A stretch of 26,177 bases of DNA from positions 1 to 26,177 of the IMG/VR virus record IMGVR_UViG_3300037743_000139. One strand, given 5' to 3'. Position 1 is the first letter of the stretch. Each line of letters begins with the position of its first letter. This DNA comes from a virus (Duplodnaviria > Caudoviricetes). The translations under genes were made by a program, and so were the position numbers. This document shows, piece by piece, positions 1 through 7,059 of this stretch. Below the pieces are notes generated by a model. That model worked only from the letters and a program-made list of their open reading frames with translations, was not told the DNA's origin and made no database searches.

Positions 1-679
1 GCAGGGCATTCCAGGTCAGTTTCCCGACAATGGAGTCCACGGGCTTCGCGTGCTTCGACTGGAACGCCCGCACCTTCTTCTCGGTCTGCGGCCCGAAGAT
101 GCCGTCAATGGCGGTCTTGTACCCGTTCGCAGTGAGCAGCCCTTGCAGACGGCGCACGTCGGTTCCCTTGCTACCGCGTTTGAGCGTCGGCATCTTGTCC
201 CCCAACCTGTTCTTTTCGGTACTCGGCTTGCTCGGCTTCGACGGATTCGAAGGCTTCGACGGTTTTCCGAGATCATCGATCTCCCACGATGCCGTGCTGT
301 CGTAGTCGCTCGTGCTGCGTCCGTCCGGTCCGTTGCCCACGTTCACATGCGCGTGCTTCTTGTGCCTGTTGACACCGTAATATGGCTCTGGCTTGAATCC
401 ATTCCGACGCTTGTAAATCTGCTCGTCGAAGATCACGTAAAGCAGGTTCGGGTGTGGGTTCGCAACGATGTGCGCCACGAACTTCGGGAGGTCGAGCCCT
501 GCATCGGGAAGAACGTCCACGGCGCACACGACATCGCAGCAGACATTGGGGTTGTGGCTTGACCAGGAGTTCTGGTGTGCCTTATCGCCAATATCCCAAA
601 CGGTCGTATCGGGGAAAAAGTACTCGATTTCTGACGTGAGTACTACGAGACTCTTCGCCAATCGCCAATTGCTAGGCAT
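1..679 (-). CDS. Endolysin: Zn-peptidase-like catalytic domain + Pro/Ser/Lys linker + PG_binding_1-type domain (3' end runs off window)
   Basis: Hand translation from ATG 679 (RBS GAGAGGTG): MPSNWRLAKSL...IGDKAH...SSHNP...AVDV...YVIF...HKKHAHVNV, linker KPSKPSNPSKPSKP, then PTLKRGSKGTDVRRLQGLL...IDGIFGPQTEKKVRAFQ...VDSIVGKLTWNAL. No stop inside the window, so absent from the ORF track. Confidence 0.9.
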   Translation of the reverse strand, partial: MPSNWRLAKSLVVLTSEIEYFFPDTTVWDIGDKAHQNSWSSHNPNVCCDVVCAVDVLPDAGLDLPKFVAHIVANPHPNLLYVIFDEQIYKRRNGFKPEPYYGVNRHKKHAHVNVGNGPDGRSTSDYDSTASWEIDDLGKPSKPSNPSKPSKPSTEKNRLGDKMPTLKRGSKGTDVRRLQGLLTANGYKTAIDGIFGPQTEKKVRAFQSKHAKPVDSIVGKLTWNAL

Positions 680-772
680 GGCTGTCACCTCTCGATTCGC
701 TTGTAATCACCGTGTCACTCATTGAGTCACGGTAGCACAGACGAGAGCACCGCTCTGACTTTTGGGCACACG

Positions 773-802
773 AAAGCCCCGGACATTCGTACAGTCCGGG
801 GC
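773..802 (-). terminator. Intrinsic terminator after 817..1125
   Basis: GCCCCGGAC/GTCCGGGGC stem (776-802) followed by TTT on the minus strand. Confidence 0.75.
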
Positions 803-816
803 GCTATTCGGTTGAC

Positions 817-1125
817 CTACACGGCGTGTCGCCGCGTCTCTGCCTTCCGCAGCGCGTCCAGCGCAATCCGTGAGGCGCGCATCTTCGCCACTGCGAGCGC
901 ACCGGGGACAGCGGCGTAACGACCGTACACCAGGCGGGAGAGGTCGGGACGAAAAGCAATGTAGATGTTCGCTGACCAGTAGATTCGTCCCGCCAGCTCG
1001 TACACCTGCGAGTAGGTACGGTTGGTGCGGTCGGTGTTGGAGTAGAAACGCATGTAGCGGATGTGCACTTCACCCGTCCAGTCGTTCGGCTCTTCGACCT
1101 TTCCCCAAGTCTTGACGTTCATCAT
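817..1125 (-). CDS. Hypothetical phage protein (102 aa)
   Basis: RBS GAGAGGAC, TAGGGT -10 upstream, terminator downstream. Confidence 0.75.
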   Translation of the reverse strand: MMNVKTWGKVEEPNDWTGEVHIRYMRFYSNTDRTNRTYSQVYELAGRIYWSANIYIAFRPDLSRLVYGRYAAVPGALAVAKMRASRIALDALRKAETRRHAV

Positions 1126-1197
1126 CGTGTCCTCTCGTCGTTGTCTCTACCCTACATCAGCCCAGGCCCATACGCAGCACCGGGACCCCACAAAATA

Positions 1198-1251
1198 AAT
1201 CTAGAAATCCTGCTTGCGGGACTTGACGACCGGCCCCGGAAGGCGCACTAT
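1198..1251 (+). promoter_or_regulatory. Sigma70/HrdB-type promoter TTGACG-N17-CACTAT with upstream AGAAA element
   Basis: TTGACG at 1223; AGAAA ends 15 nt upstream, as in the other promoters of this family. Confidence 0.55.
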
Positions 1252-1289
1252 TGAGAGGTACCAAGACACACGATGCAAAGGACAAGACG

Positions 1290-1529
1290 ATGACTGCTCT
1301 CGACCTCCTGAACCAGGCCACCACCCACCGCAACCTGAGCCTGCGTCGATCCCTCCGGGCTCGCGCGGTCGGTGACCTCGCCACCGTCGCGAAGTACGCT
1401 ACCCTGATGCTCGCATGGGAGATGAAGGCGCGTTCCTATGCCAACGCGGTCGGTACCCGACTCGTGTCGATGACCGACAACCCCGGTGCCATCGTTCCCG
1501 AGATCTTCGTTTCGCGGCTGCCCCGATGA
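1290..1529 (+). CDS. Hypothetical phage protein (79 aa)
   Basis: RBS AAAGGAC before ATG 1290; ATGA-coupled to next gene. Confidence 0.75.
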   Translation: MTALDLLNQATTHRNLSLRRSLRARAVGDLATVAKYATLMLAWEMKARSYANAVGTRLVSMTDNPGAIVPEIFVSRLPR

Positions 1530-1741
1530 CGATGACGATGATGCCGCCTGTCGGGGGCGATCACAAGTTGTTCACGCCGATCATCAAAGAGCGCGACGGG
1601 TACCGCTGCACGAGCAACTGCGGACGGACTCCGCCCGCGAAGATGCTCAAGGTCGTGCGTCGTGTCTGGTTCAAGCCGGACAGCTATGACAACCTCGAAA
1701 CGGTGTGCCAATGGTGCGCACGCGAGCAGGACAGGGACTAG
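1526..1741 (+). CDS. Degenerate HNH-fold zinc-binding protein (71 aa)
   Basis: ERDGYRCTSNCG...L.V...DSYDNLETVCQWC matches the small HNH scaffold RD.Y.C..CG...NL..LC..C but lacks the His residues. Confidence 0.65.
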   Translation: MTMTMMPPVGGDHKLFTPIIKERDGYRCTSNCGRTPPAKMLKVVRRVWFKPDSYDNLETVCQWCAREQDRD

Positions 1742-1777
1742 CGCTCTGCTAAACTGAACAGGCCGCAAGGCTATGCA

Positions 1778-1810
1778 AAGGGTCCGACATCTGGGGGATG
1801 GCGGACCCTT
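1778..1810. terminator. Bidirectional terminator hairpin between convergent genes
   Basis: AAGGGTCCG-a-CATC / GATG-g-CGGACCCTT stem abutting the terL stop. Confidence 0.75.
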
Positions 1811-3376
1811 CTAGCGCGTCAGGCGCGTACCGAGAGGCGTCGGAATCGAGAACGGCAAGCCTTCGATCTGCGGTCCGCCGAAGTGGCTGTACGTCCCCGC
1901 GACCTCATCGAGCCGTGCACCCGCGTACGCCTGCCTCGGGTCGTGAGCCTCTGCGTTCCCGGTCCCGTCGTAGAACGCGAGCAACAGCGCGTCTGCGATG
2001 TCGGGGGATCGTCCGAGCCGTTCTCGGACTTCGTCTTTCTTCTCAATCTTGATCTTGCCCGAGCTGTCCACGATCTCGTAACGGGGCGTGGTCAGTTCGC
2101 CGATAGCGTCGTCATCGAGGTTCGCCAGCGACCACAGCTCGTTACGTGACAGTTCGCGACCGTTCCACCACGCTTCTGCTCTGAGATTCAAAAAGCGTTT
2201 CGGTTGCGTCGAGCGTGAGGCGAAGTTCAACCCCTTCACGGTGCATTTGCTGCCACGTTCCTTGAGGACTTCCCTCAATCGGCCTGCGACACCCCACCCG
2301 ATGCCGCCCGTGTCGATACGGACCTTCTCAAGGTTCCATTCCTCAATCAGGTTCGCCAGCCGTCCAACCGTCTTCATGGGGTCGGTGTCAGCGAAGCTCT
2401 CGATACGACGTACAGCGGACCCTACGCGCTCAACGAGGACGGTACGGTCACCGCCGCCGCCAACGTCAATCCCGCCGATGCGAACGGCATCGGGGTTGTA
2501 CGCCGGTTCAATGTAGCGGCACTGCGCAGCGTTCTGCTCAGGCACGACGCGCCAGGGATCGGCCGATGCGCTCGGGAATTCCCCCAAGCACTTCGCCTGA
2601 AATAGGGCTGAATCTTCCCCCCATGCCTGTCTGCGGTCTTCAACCCATTCGGGTGAAATCAGCTCTTCCAGTACGTGCTGCGGAACATCCTCGCCAGTCA
2701 TGGCCGGAGAATGCTGATACCCGACGTGTAGAACGTTAAAGGGACTACTTGGCTTACACGCGTCCGCAAAAGGGCCGGATGTGAGGTCTGGGTTGCCAAT
2801 GCACAAGATGCGAGCATTCTTGTTGCTTGCTATACTTTCGGCGGCCGTCCACAGTGGTTCGGGAACACCGCTCGCCTCATCGAGGATGACAAGTACATAC
2901 CGGGCATGCACCCCTTGGAATGCAGCTTCGGAGTGTTCCGAAGGTTTACGCCCAATAGCTACCAATTCTTCGGAGTCGGAACCGGTAGGCAATACCCATT
3001 CAACTTGGTTCATTCTTCCGGGTAGCTCCGCTTTTGCATGAATACGGTTAATCGTCCTCCAAAGGACGGCGCGTACCTGCGCGGCCGTAGGGGCAGAACT
3101 CAGGACAAACGCCTCACCCGGGGCATGTGAGTCAATCCACCAACATGCGGCCATGGCGGCAACGTAGGACTTACCCACTGAGTGCGAGGCATGGACTGCC
3201 GTTCGCCGGTTATCACGAACCGACTCAAGGATGGTTCTCTGCATTGACCAGAGGTGCGCCTTGCCGCGTTCCGCTGCCCACCTTACGGGGTCGTTCACGT
3301 AGTCAACCTTGGCTTTCGTCAGGTCATCGAAGGCATCCGTAATGGCGGAACCCAGATCCAAACCGAAAGCATCCAT
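1811..3376 (-). CDS. terL: Terminase large subunit (521 aa)
   Basis: Walker A-like ASHSVGKS, APTAAQ, FQGVH, Walker B LVILDEASG, IGNP coupling motif, nuclease GIDVGGGGD and C-terminal SPDIADAL. Start placed at ATG 3376 (TATCAT 6 nt upstream, probably leaderless) rather than 4000. Confidence 0.93.
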   Translation of the reverse strand: MDAFGLDLGSAITDAFDDLTKAKVDYVNDPVRWAAERGKAHLWSMQRTILESVRDNRRTAVHASHSVGKSYVAAMAACWWIDSHAPGEAFVLSSAPTAAQVRAVLWRTINRIHAKAELPGRMNQVEWVLPTGSDSEELVAIGRKPSEHSEAAFQGVHARYVLVILDEASGVPEPLWTAAESIASNKNARILCIGNPDLTSGPFADACKPSSPFNVLHVGYQHSPAMTGEDVPQHVLEELISPEWVEDRRQAWGEDSALFQAKCLGEFPSASADPWRVVPEQNAAQCRYIEPAYNPDAVRIGGIDVGGGGDRTVLVERVGSAVRRIESFADTDPMKTVGRLANLIEEWNLEKVRIDTGGIGWGVAGRLREVLKERGSKCTVKGLNFASRSTQPKRFLNLRAEAWWNGRELSRNELWSLANLDDDAIGELTTPRYEIVDSSGKIKIEKKDEVRERLGRSPDIADALLLAFYDGTGNAEAHDPRQAYAGARLDEVAGTYSHFGGPQIEGLPFSIPTPLGTRLTR

Positions 3377-3396
3377 GAGGACATGATACCCTAGGC

Positions 3397-3460
3397 ACAG
3401 CAAAGATCCCCGCGTCGCGCGAACGACCGGGGCTTGGACGACTAGTGAGGAGTCGACATG
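3397..3460 (+). promoter_or_regulatory. Conserved two-hairpin leader of HNH gene (copy 1)
   Basis: CCCCG-C-GTCG-CGCGAA-CGAC-CGGGG then CGACT/AGTCG hairpin over the RBS; aligns without gaps to 20712-20756. Confidence 0.8.
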
Positions 3461-3982
3461 CACAATCGTACCTGTGAGTTCCCCGGGTGTCAACGGAAGC
3501 ACTACGCGCACGGATTGTGTGCAGGACACAACAAACAAAGACGCGAAGGACGAAAACTCACTGAGCTGCAACGATCGTTTCAAGGCACAGCCGATGAAAG
3601 GTTCGTTCACTACACCCATGTAACAAGTGGGTGTTGGAACTGGACTGGTCCACTTAACACTGATGGTTACGGTGTTCTCACCGAAAAACGATCCGTCATG
3701 ATGGCACATAGATACTCCTACGGACAATCCGTAGGGAAAATACCTGAAAATATGGTGCTTGACCACCTGTGCCGCAACCGCAGATGCGTTAACCCGAACC
3801 ATCTTGAGGTTGTCACACCAGGAGAAAACGTACTCAGGGGCGAAGGTCTCGCAGCAACTAACAGTCGAAAAACCAGGTGCGTAAACGGACACGATTTCAC
3901 ACCAGAAAATACGTTCCAAAGAAAAAATAGGAACGCCAGAGAATGTAAGCAGTGTATGCGGGATAGGGCATCCCGGAGATAG
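3458..3982 (+). CDS. Free-standing HNH homing endonuclease (HNH_3-like) with N- and C-terminal Zn fingers
   Basis: CEFPGC..CAGH; CWNWTG..GYG..AHR..IPE..LDHLCRNRRCVNPNHLEVVT..EN; KTRCVNGH..ECKQC; more AT-rich than its neighbours. Confidence 0.92.
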   Translation: MHNRTCEFPGCQRKHYAHGLCAGHNKQRREGRKLTELQRSFQGTADERFVHYTHVTSGCWNWTGPLNTDGYGVLTEKRSVMMAHRYSYGQSVGKIPENMVLDHLCRNRRCVNPNHLEVVTPGENVLRGEGLAATNSRKTRCVNGHDFTPENTFQRKNRNARECKQCMRDRASRR

Positions 3983-3989
3983 ACGAGGC

Positions 3990-4023
3990 AAGGCGGCCAC
4001 CTTCTCGGGTGACCGCCTTCTTT
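3990..4023. terminator. Terminator hairpin between convergent HNH and HTH genes
   Basis: AAGGCGG..CACC / GGTG..CCGCCTT followed by CTTT. Confidence 0.7.
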
Positions 4024-4294
4024 ACTGCCCGCGTTTGGCCGCGCCTTGCACCCAACCGCGCGTCTGCCGTTCCCGGTACCAAGCTCGTACGTCCTGCCTC
4101 GGGTAGACGTATTTCGCTTTCGGGTTGTAAGCCTTCCGCCACGTTTCATCCGTCTCGACTCGCAGACGGAACAGCTTCGCATCGCGATCGGCGTTCGTGG
4201 GCCCCGTCATCGCGTACATGTCCGTCAGGTTGAACCCGTACTCTTCGGCGATCTCCCGAGCTGTCAACATCTCGATGGCTGCTCGTCGCATCAT
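4022..4294 (-). CDS. Xis/AlpA-like helix-turn-helix DNA-binding protein
   Basis: MLTAREIAEEYG...YVYPRQDVRAWY pattern; last gene of a coupled operon. Confidence 0.6.
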   Translation of the reverse strand: MMRRAAIEMLTAREIAEEYGFNLTDMYAMTGPTNADRDAKLFRLRVETDETWRKAYNPKAKYVYPRQDVRAWYRERQTRGWVQGAAKRGQ

Positions 4295-4557
4295 TTACTA
4301 CCTTCCGTGTCAATGATCTTCATCAGTTGTCGTGTGTCGTGCTGTGCGTCTTTGTACGATCTGCGGATGCCGTCACCAGGAATCCGGTACGCTCGCACGC
4401 GGCACGGGATGCCCCACGGCTCATACTCAGATTCGCCTCTGCGAACCTTCGGGACCGGATCAGGATCGCCGCGTTCGGTGAACCCGTAGTAGGCGATCGC
4501 CGATCCCACGAACACCAGCGCAGGCGTAGCAGCCACTATCAGCGCATCTGCGTTCAC
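4291..4557 (-). CDS. Membrane-anchored hypothetical protein
   Basis: GTG 4557 overlaps the upstream TGA; N-terminal ALIVAATPALVFVGSAIAYY. Confidence 0.7.
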   Translation of the reverse strand: MNADALIVAATPALVFVGSAIAYYGFTERGDPDPVPKVRRGESEYEPWGIPCRVRAYRIPGDGIRRSYKDAQHDTRQLMKIIDTEGSK

Positions 4558-4679
4558 TGCAATATCCTCTCTGCGAGATCCGTGCTGTACAGGTACATTG
4601 CCAGTGCGAACCCCAGCCAGAACACGAGGAAGATCGCGGCCCCGACAGCGAGGATGACCCAACCTTTCCGTTCGTTCAT
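4554..4679 (-). CDS. Small single-TM protein (41 aa)
   Basis: MNERKGWVILAVGAAIFLVFWLGFALAMYLY...; 4-nt overlaps on both sides. Confidence 0.7.
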   Translation of the reverse strand: MNERKGWVILAVGAAIFLVFWLGFALAMYLYSTDLAERILQ

Positions 4680-4777
4680 CGTCGCCGGTTCCAAACCGCT
4701 TCGATGATGTAGCAGATGAGTACGAACAGGATCATGGCGAGCAGCCCGACAAGCGTGGCTAGCACTTCGGGGTTCAC
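4676..4777 (-). CDS. Small single-TM protein (33 aa)
   Basis: MNPEVLATLVGLLAMILFVLICYIIEAVWNRRR; GTGA/ATGA overlaps on both sides; below the ORF-track cutoff. Confidence 0.7.
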   Translation of the reverse strand: MNPEVLATLVGLLAMILFVLICYIIEAVWNRRR

Positions 4778-5067
4778 ACTCCCTCGATAGTGGTCTCGAA
4801 GAACGCGTCAAGGCGCTTCTCCTGCGCATCGTCGTGCGCCTTGACGATCGTCTCAGCTACCGTCTCCAACGCCCATAGCGATTTACGCAGTTCGGTACCG
4901 CCCGACACGATCGCGCGAGCCGCTGACAGCTGCTCCCCGCTTGGGGTGTCTTTGCCGTGCTCCCAGTCCGCCATGGTCGGCGCGATCTTGGCGAGCCTGT
5001 TCACCTGTTCGACCAGCGCGAACGCATGGTCGGTGGCGTCAGGTTGTCTCTCTTCGGTCATGTTCAT
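4774..5067 (-). CDS. Hypothetical protein (97 aa)
   Basis: RBS GAGAGG, GC-ending codons, coupled downstream. Confidence 0.75.
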   Translation of the reverse strand: MNMTEERQPDATDHAFALVEQVNRLAKIAPTMADWEHGKDTPSGEQLSAARAIVSGGTELRKSLWALETVAETIVKAHDDAQEKRLDAFFETTIEGV

Positions 5068-5073
5068 ATCCTC

Positions 5074-5166
5074 TCAGATCGCCAGCACGAGGCCGGTTGC
5101 GGCGGACGCTAGCGCGGTTACGGTCAATGTGCCGACGACTAAGGTCGCGCCGACGACTTCGGTCAT
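5074..5166 (-). CDS. Small hydrophobic peptide (30 aa)
   Basis: MTEVVGATLVVGTLTVTALASAATGLVLAI; TGATG overlap; fills the gap. Confidence 0.6.
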   Translation of the reverse strand: MTEVVGATLVVGTLTVTALASAATGLVLAI

Positions 5167-5462
5167 CAGTCCCCATACCGCGAACGCGGTTCAGGCAAGT
5201 GGTGTTGCTTTCCGGCCCGTGACCGGTGCCAATCGCTGTGCTGTGCCCACGGGTATCCCTTCTCGAACGATCCGCCCAACGTCTCCGCATTCGGTGGCTT
5301 GGTGATGGCGGAGCACCACTTGCACGCCGGTATGGGAATGGTGGGCGTGGCGGCGTCCTGGGGAAACCTGCCACGCCCACACGCGGACGGAAGTCCGGGA
5401 ATCTGGTTCTTGTACGCGTGCTGCGTTTTCGCGTAGTGCGCGTGAGCCCAGTGGTACGTCAT
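5166..5462 (-). CDS. Hypothetical protein with H..CG..CxxC zinc motif
   Basis: MTYHWAH...QHAY...SACG...ACKWC. Confidence 0.6.
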   Translation of the reverse strand: MTYHWAHAHYAKTQHAYKNQIPGLPSACGRGRFPQDAATPTIPIPACKWCSAITKPPNAETLGGSFEKGYPWAQHSDWHRSRAGKQHHLPEPRSRYGD

Positions 5463-5469
5463 CGGTTTG

Positions 5470-5658
5470 CTAGCTGTAGTGCACGGTCTGGCTCGCCAAG
5501 CGGTTGGCACTGTCCACCAGCCGCTTGGATTCGACCGGCAGCAGTCTCTCAGCGTGCGTGTGCGCAGCGTGCACGAGGTTAATCGCGTCTTCTCGCGTCA
5601 GCTCGACGATGTACATCATCGGGTGGTACATGTACTCGCCTTCGGTCATGTCCGTCAT
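5470..5658 (-). CDS. Hypothetical protein (62 aa)
   Basis: Strong RBS GGAGGAGG, ATGA overlap. Confidence 0.75.
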   Translation of the reverse strand: MTDMTEGEYMYHPMMYIVELTREDAINLVHAAHTHAERLLPVESKRLVDSANRLASQTVHYS

Positions 5659-5825
5659 TCCTCCTCCTCCTGGTGCCGTTTCAGTGCTTCGATGGTCCGT
5701 TCGATCGGAACGGCATCCCGCTCGATGCCCTTCAAGGTGGCGTCTCGTGCCATGTTCTCCGGGCTGAACGGGTTGTCCCCGTGGATGCGGCGCGCTCGTT
5801 CGGCCAGCCGTTCGTCTTCGGTCAT
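5655..5825 (-). CDS. Hypothetical protein (56 aa)
   Basis: MTEDERLAER...; ATGA overlaps on both sides. Confidence 0.7.
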   Translation of the reverse strand: MTEDERLAERARRIHGDNPFSPENMARDATLKGIERDAVPIERTIEALKRHQEEEE

Positions 5826-6055
5826 GCCCGCCGCTCCCGTTCCACCCAGAACGTATACCCGTGGCATTCCAGCCGCTCGCCGGTCATGCGGATCGATGAA
5901 GCGGCCTCGCGGGCGTTCTCGTAGTCGGTGACGTTGTTGTCGGTGAGCACGTATCGCAGCGCGACACGCGCATCCATCATCGTCAGGTCTTTCTGCATCT
6001 TCTCGACGCCATCGGGCGTGATCCGGTGCAGCGTGTAGGTCTTCGGGTAGCTCAT
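5822..6055 (-). CDS. Hypothetical protein (77 aa)
   Basis: RBS AAAGGGTG, coupled on both sides. Confidence 0.75.
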   Translation of the reverse strand: MSYPKTYTLHRITPDGVEKMQKDLTMMDARVALRYVLTDNNVTDYENAREAASSIRMTGERLECHGYTFWVERERRA

Positions 6056-6453
6056 CGGTCACCCTTTCGAATCAAGGTGGGCTCGTCGTCCTCTTCGTAC
6101 CAGGTCCACCCCAAGACCTGGCGATTGGAGTCGTCCAAATACGGCATGATCCAATCAAGGAACGCCTCGATTTCCCCGCTGTAGTTCTTCAAGTCGCAAA
6201 GCACAGACAAGTGCCATGACTTTGTGATGTCGTCCTTGCGGAAGGACGTTTTCGACGCATTCGGTTCGAAGTAGTAACTGGAACTGACCAGCATGAACGT
6301 CCATCGTTCCGTGTCGAAAAGCGCGTGTTCCGGAGTTTCCGGAGCAATGCCGTAGCTTGCATCCCCTGTCATGAATTCGAGGATGGAAATCACCTGATCT
6401 GGCGTGTCCTTCCGCAGTTCAGCGTTGAACATCAATTGCGTGTACATCCCCAT
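6052..6453 (-). CDS. Conserved-looking phage hypothetical protein (133 aa)
   Basis: MGMYT...DTP..VI.IL..M...LKNY..EIE.FLDWI.PY...YEE...PT pattern that I recall from phage proteins of unknown function. Confidence 0.8.
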   Translation of the reverse strand: MGMYTQLMFNAELRKDTPDQVISILEFMTGDASYGIAPETPEHALFDTERWTFMLVSSSYYFEPNASKTSFRKDDITKSWHLSVLCDLKNYSGEIEAFLDWIMPYLDDSNRQVLGWTWYEEDDEPTLIRKGDR

Positions 6454-6635
6454 CAGGCGTCCTTCGGCATGATCGTTTCCGCCCACCGGGCAGCCGCTTC
6501 GGCTTCGGCAGCTTCCCTGATTCGCGGCCACATGTGACCCAAGTTCGCGTGCAGTTCGTCGTCAGAAAGGACGCTCATGACCCTGCGAATCTGCTTGGGG
6601 TCGAGTTCCCAGCCATTCGTTTTCAGCCTGTCCAC
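6453..6635 (-). CDS. Hypothetical protein (60 aa)
   Basis: GTG 6635 with RBS GAGAGGTG; TGATG overlap. Confidence 0.7.
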   Translation of the reverse strand: MDRLKTNGWELDPKQIRRVMSVLSDDELHANLGHMWPRIREAAEAEAAARWAETIMPKDA

Positions 6636-6636
6636 G

Positions 6637-6888
6637 TCACCGCACCTCTCGGTTCGCGTGCGCATCGCAGTACTGCTCACGGTCGGTCCGCTCGTAGCAG
6701 TCGTACGCCACGCACACCGACACCTGCTCGCACAGGTCGGTATACCACATGTGGATGCGGTCGTGCACCTCATCGAAGGCGGGGGACTCGTGGTTGATCG
6801 CATCGGCGTACGCAAGGTGCACCTCATGCTCTGCGTCCGACAGGACATCCCGGAACGGGGTGGGGAGGTTGTGGAGCTTGACTGTCAT
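6637..6888 (-). CDS. Hypothetical protein with C-terminal Cys/His cluster; first gene of the leftward operon
   Basis: RBS AAAGGAC; CVAYDC...YCDAH. Confidence 0.75.
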   Translation of the reverse strand: MTVKLHNLPTPFRDVLSDAEHEVHLAYADAINHESPAFDEVHDRIHMWYTDLCEQVSVCVAYDCYERTDREQYCDAHANREVR

Positions 6889-6919
6889 CGTAAGTCCTTT
6901 CGTCGTGGTCGTATGTCTC

Positions 6920-6987
6920 ACGATACACCCGGTGATCGGGTTGCGCAAGCGGGGTCCCCTTGCGCTTCTGACGTGCCGTGATACGCT
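6920..6987. promoter_or_regulatory. Back-to-back promoters
   Basis: Minus: TTGCGC-N17-TATCGT (6948-6920); plus: TTGCGC-N16-TACGCT with extended TG (6960-6987). Confidence 0.7.
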
Positions 6988-7059
6988 AGAGTCCGCATCA
7001 TCTACGTGGGGCTGGACCGGCACAACGGTTCGGCCCCGACAACGACAAGGATCAAAGAC

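Noticed and set aside
1761-1773. GGCCGCAAGGCTA resembling a 16S rRNA helix
   Set aside because: Only 13 nt, explained by an ordinary GNRA hairpin; no other rRNA similarity.
3377-4000. 208-codon N-terminal extension of terL in the ORF track
   Set aside because: It is the antisense shadow of the HNH gene, starts inside a terminator hairpin without an RBS, and does not look protein-like; TerL motifs begin after 3376.
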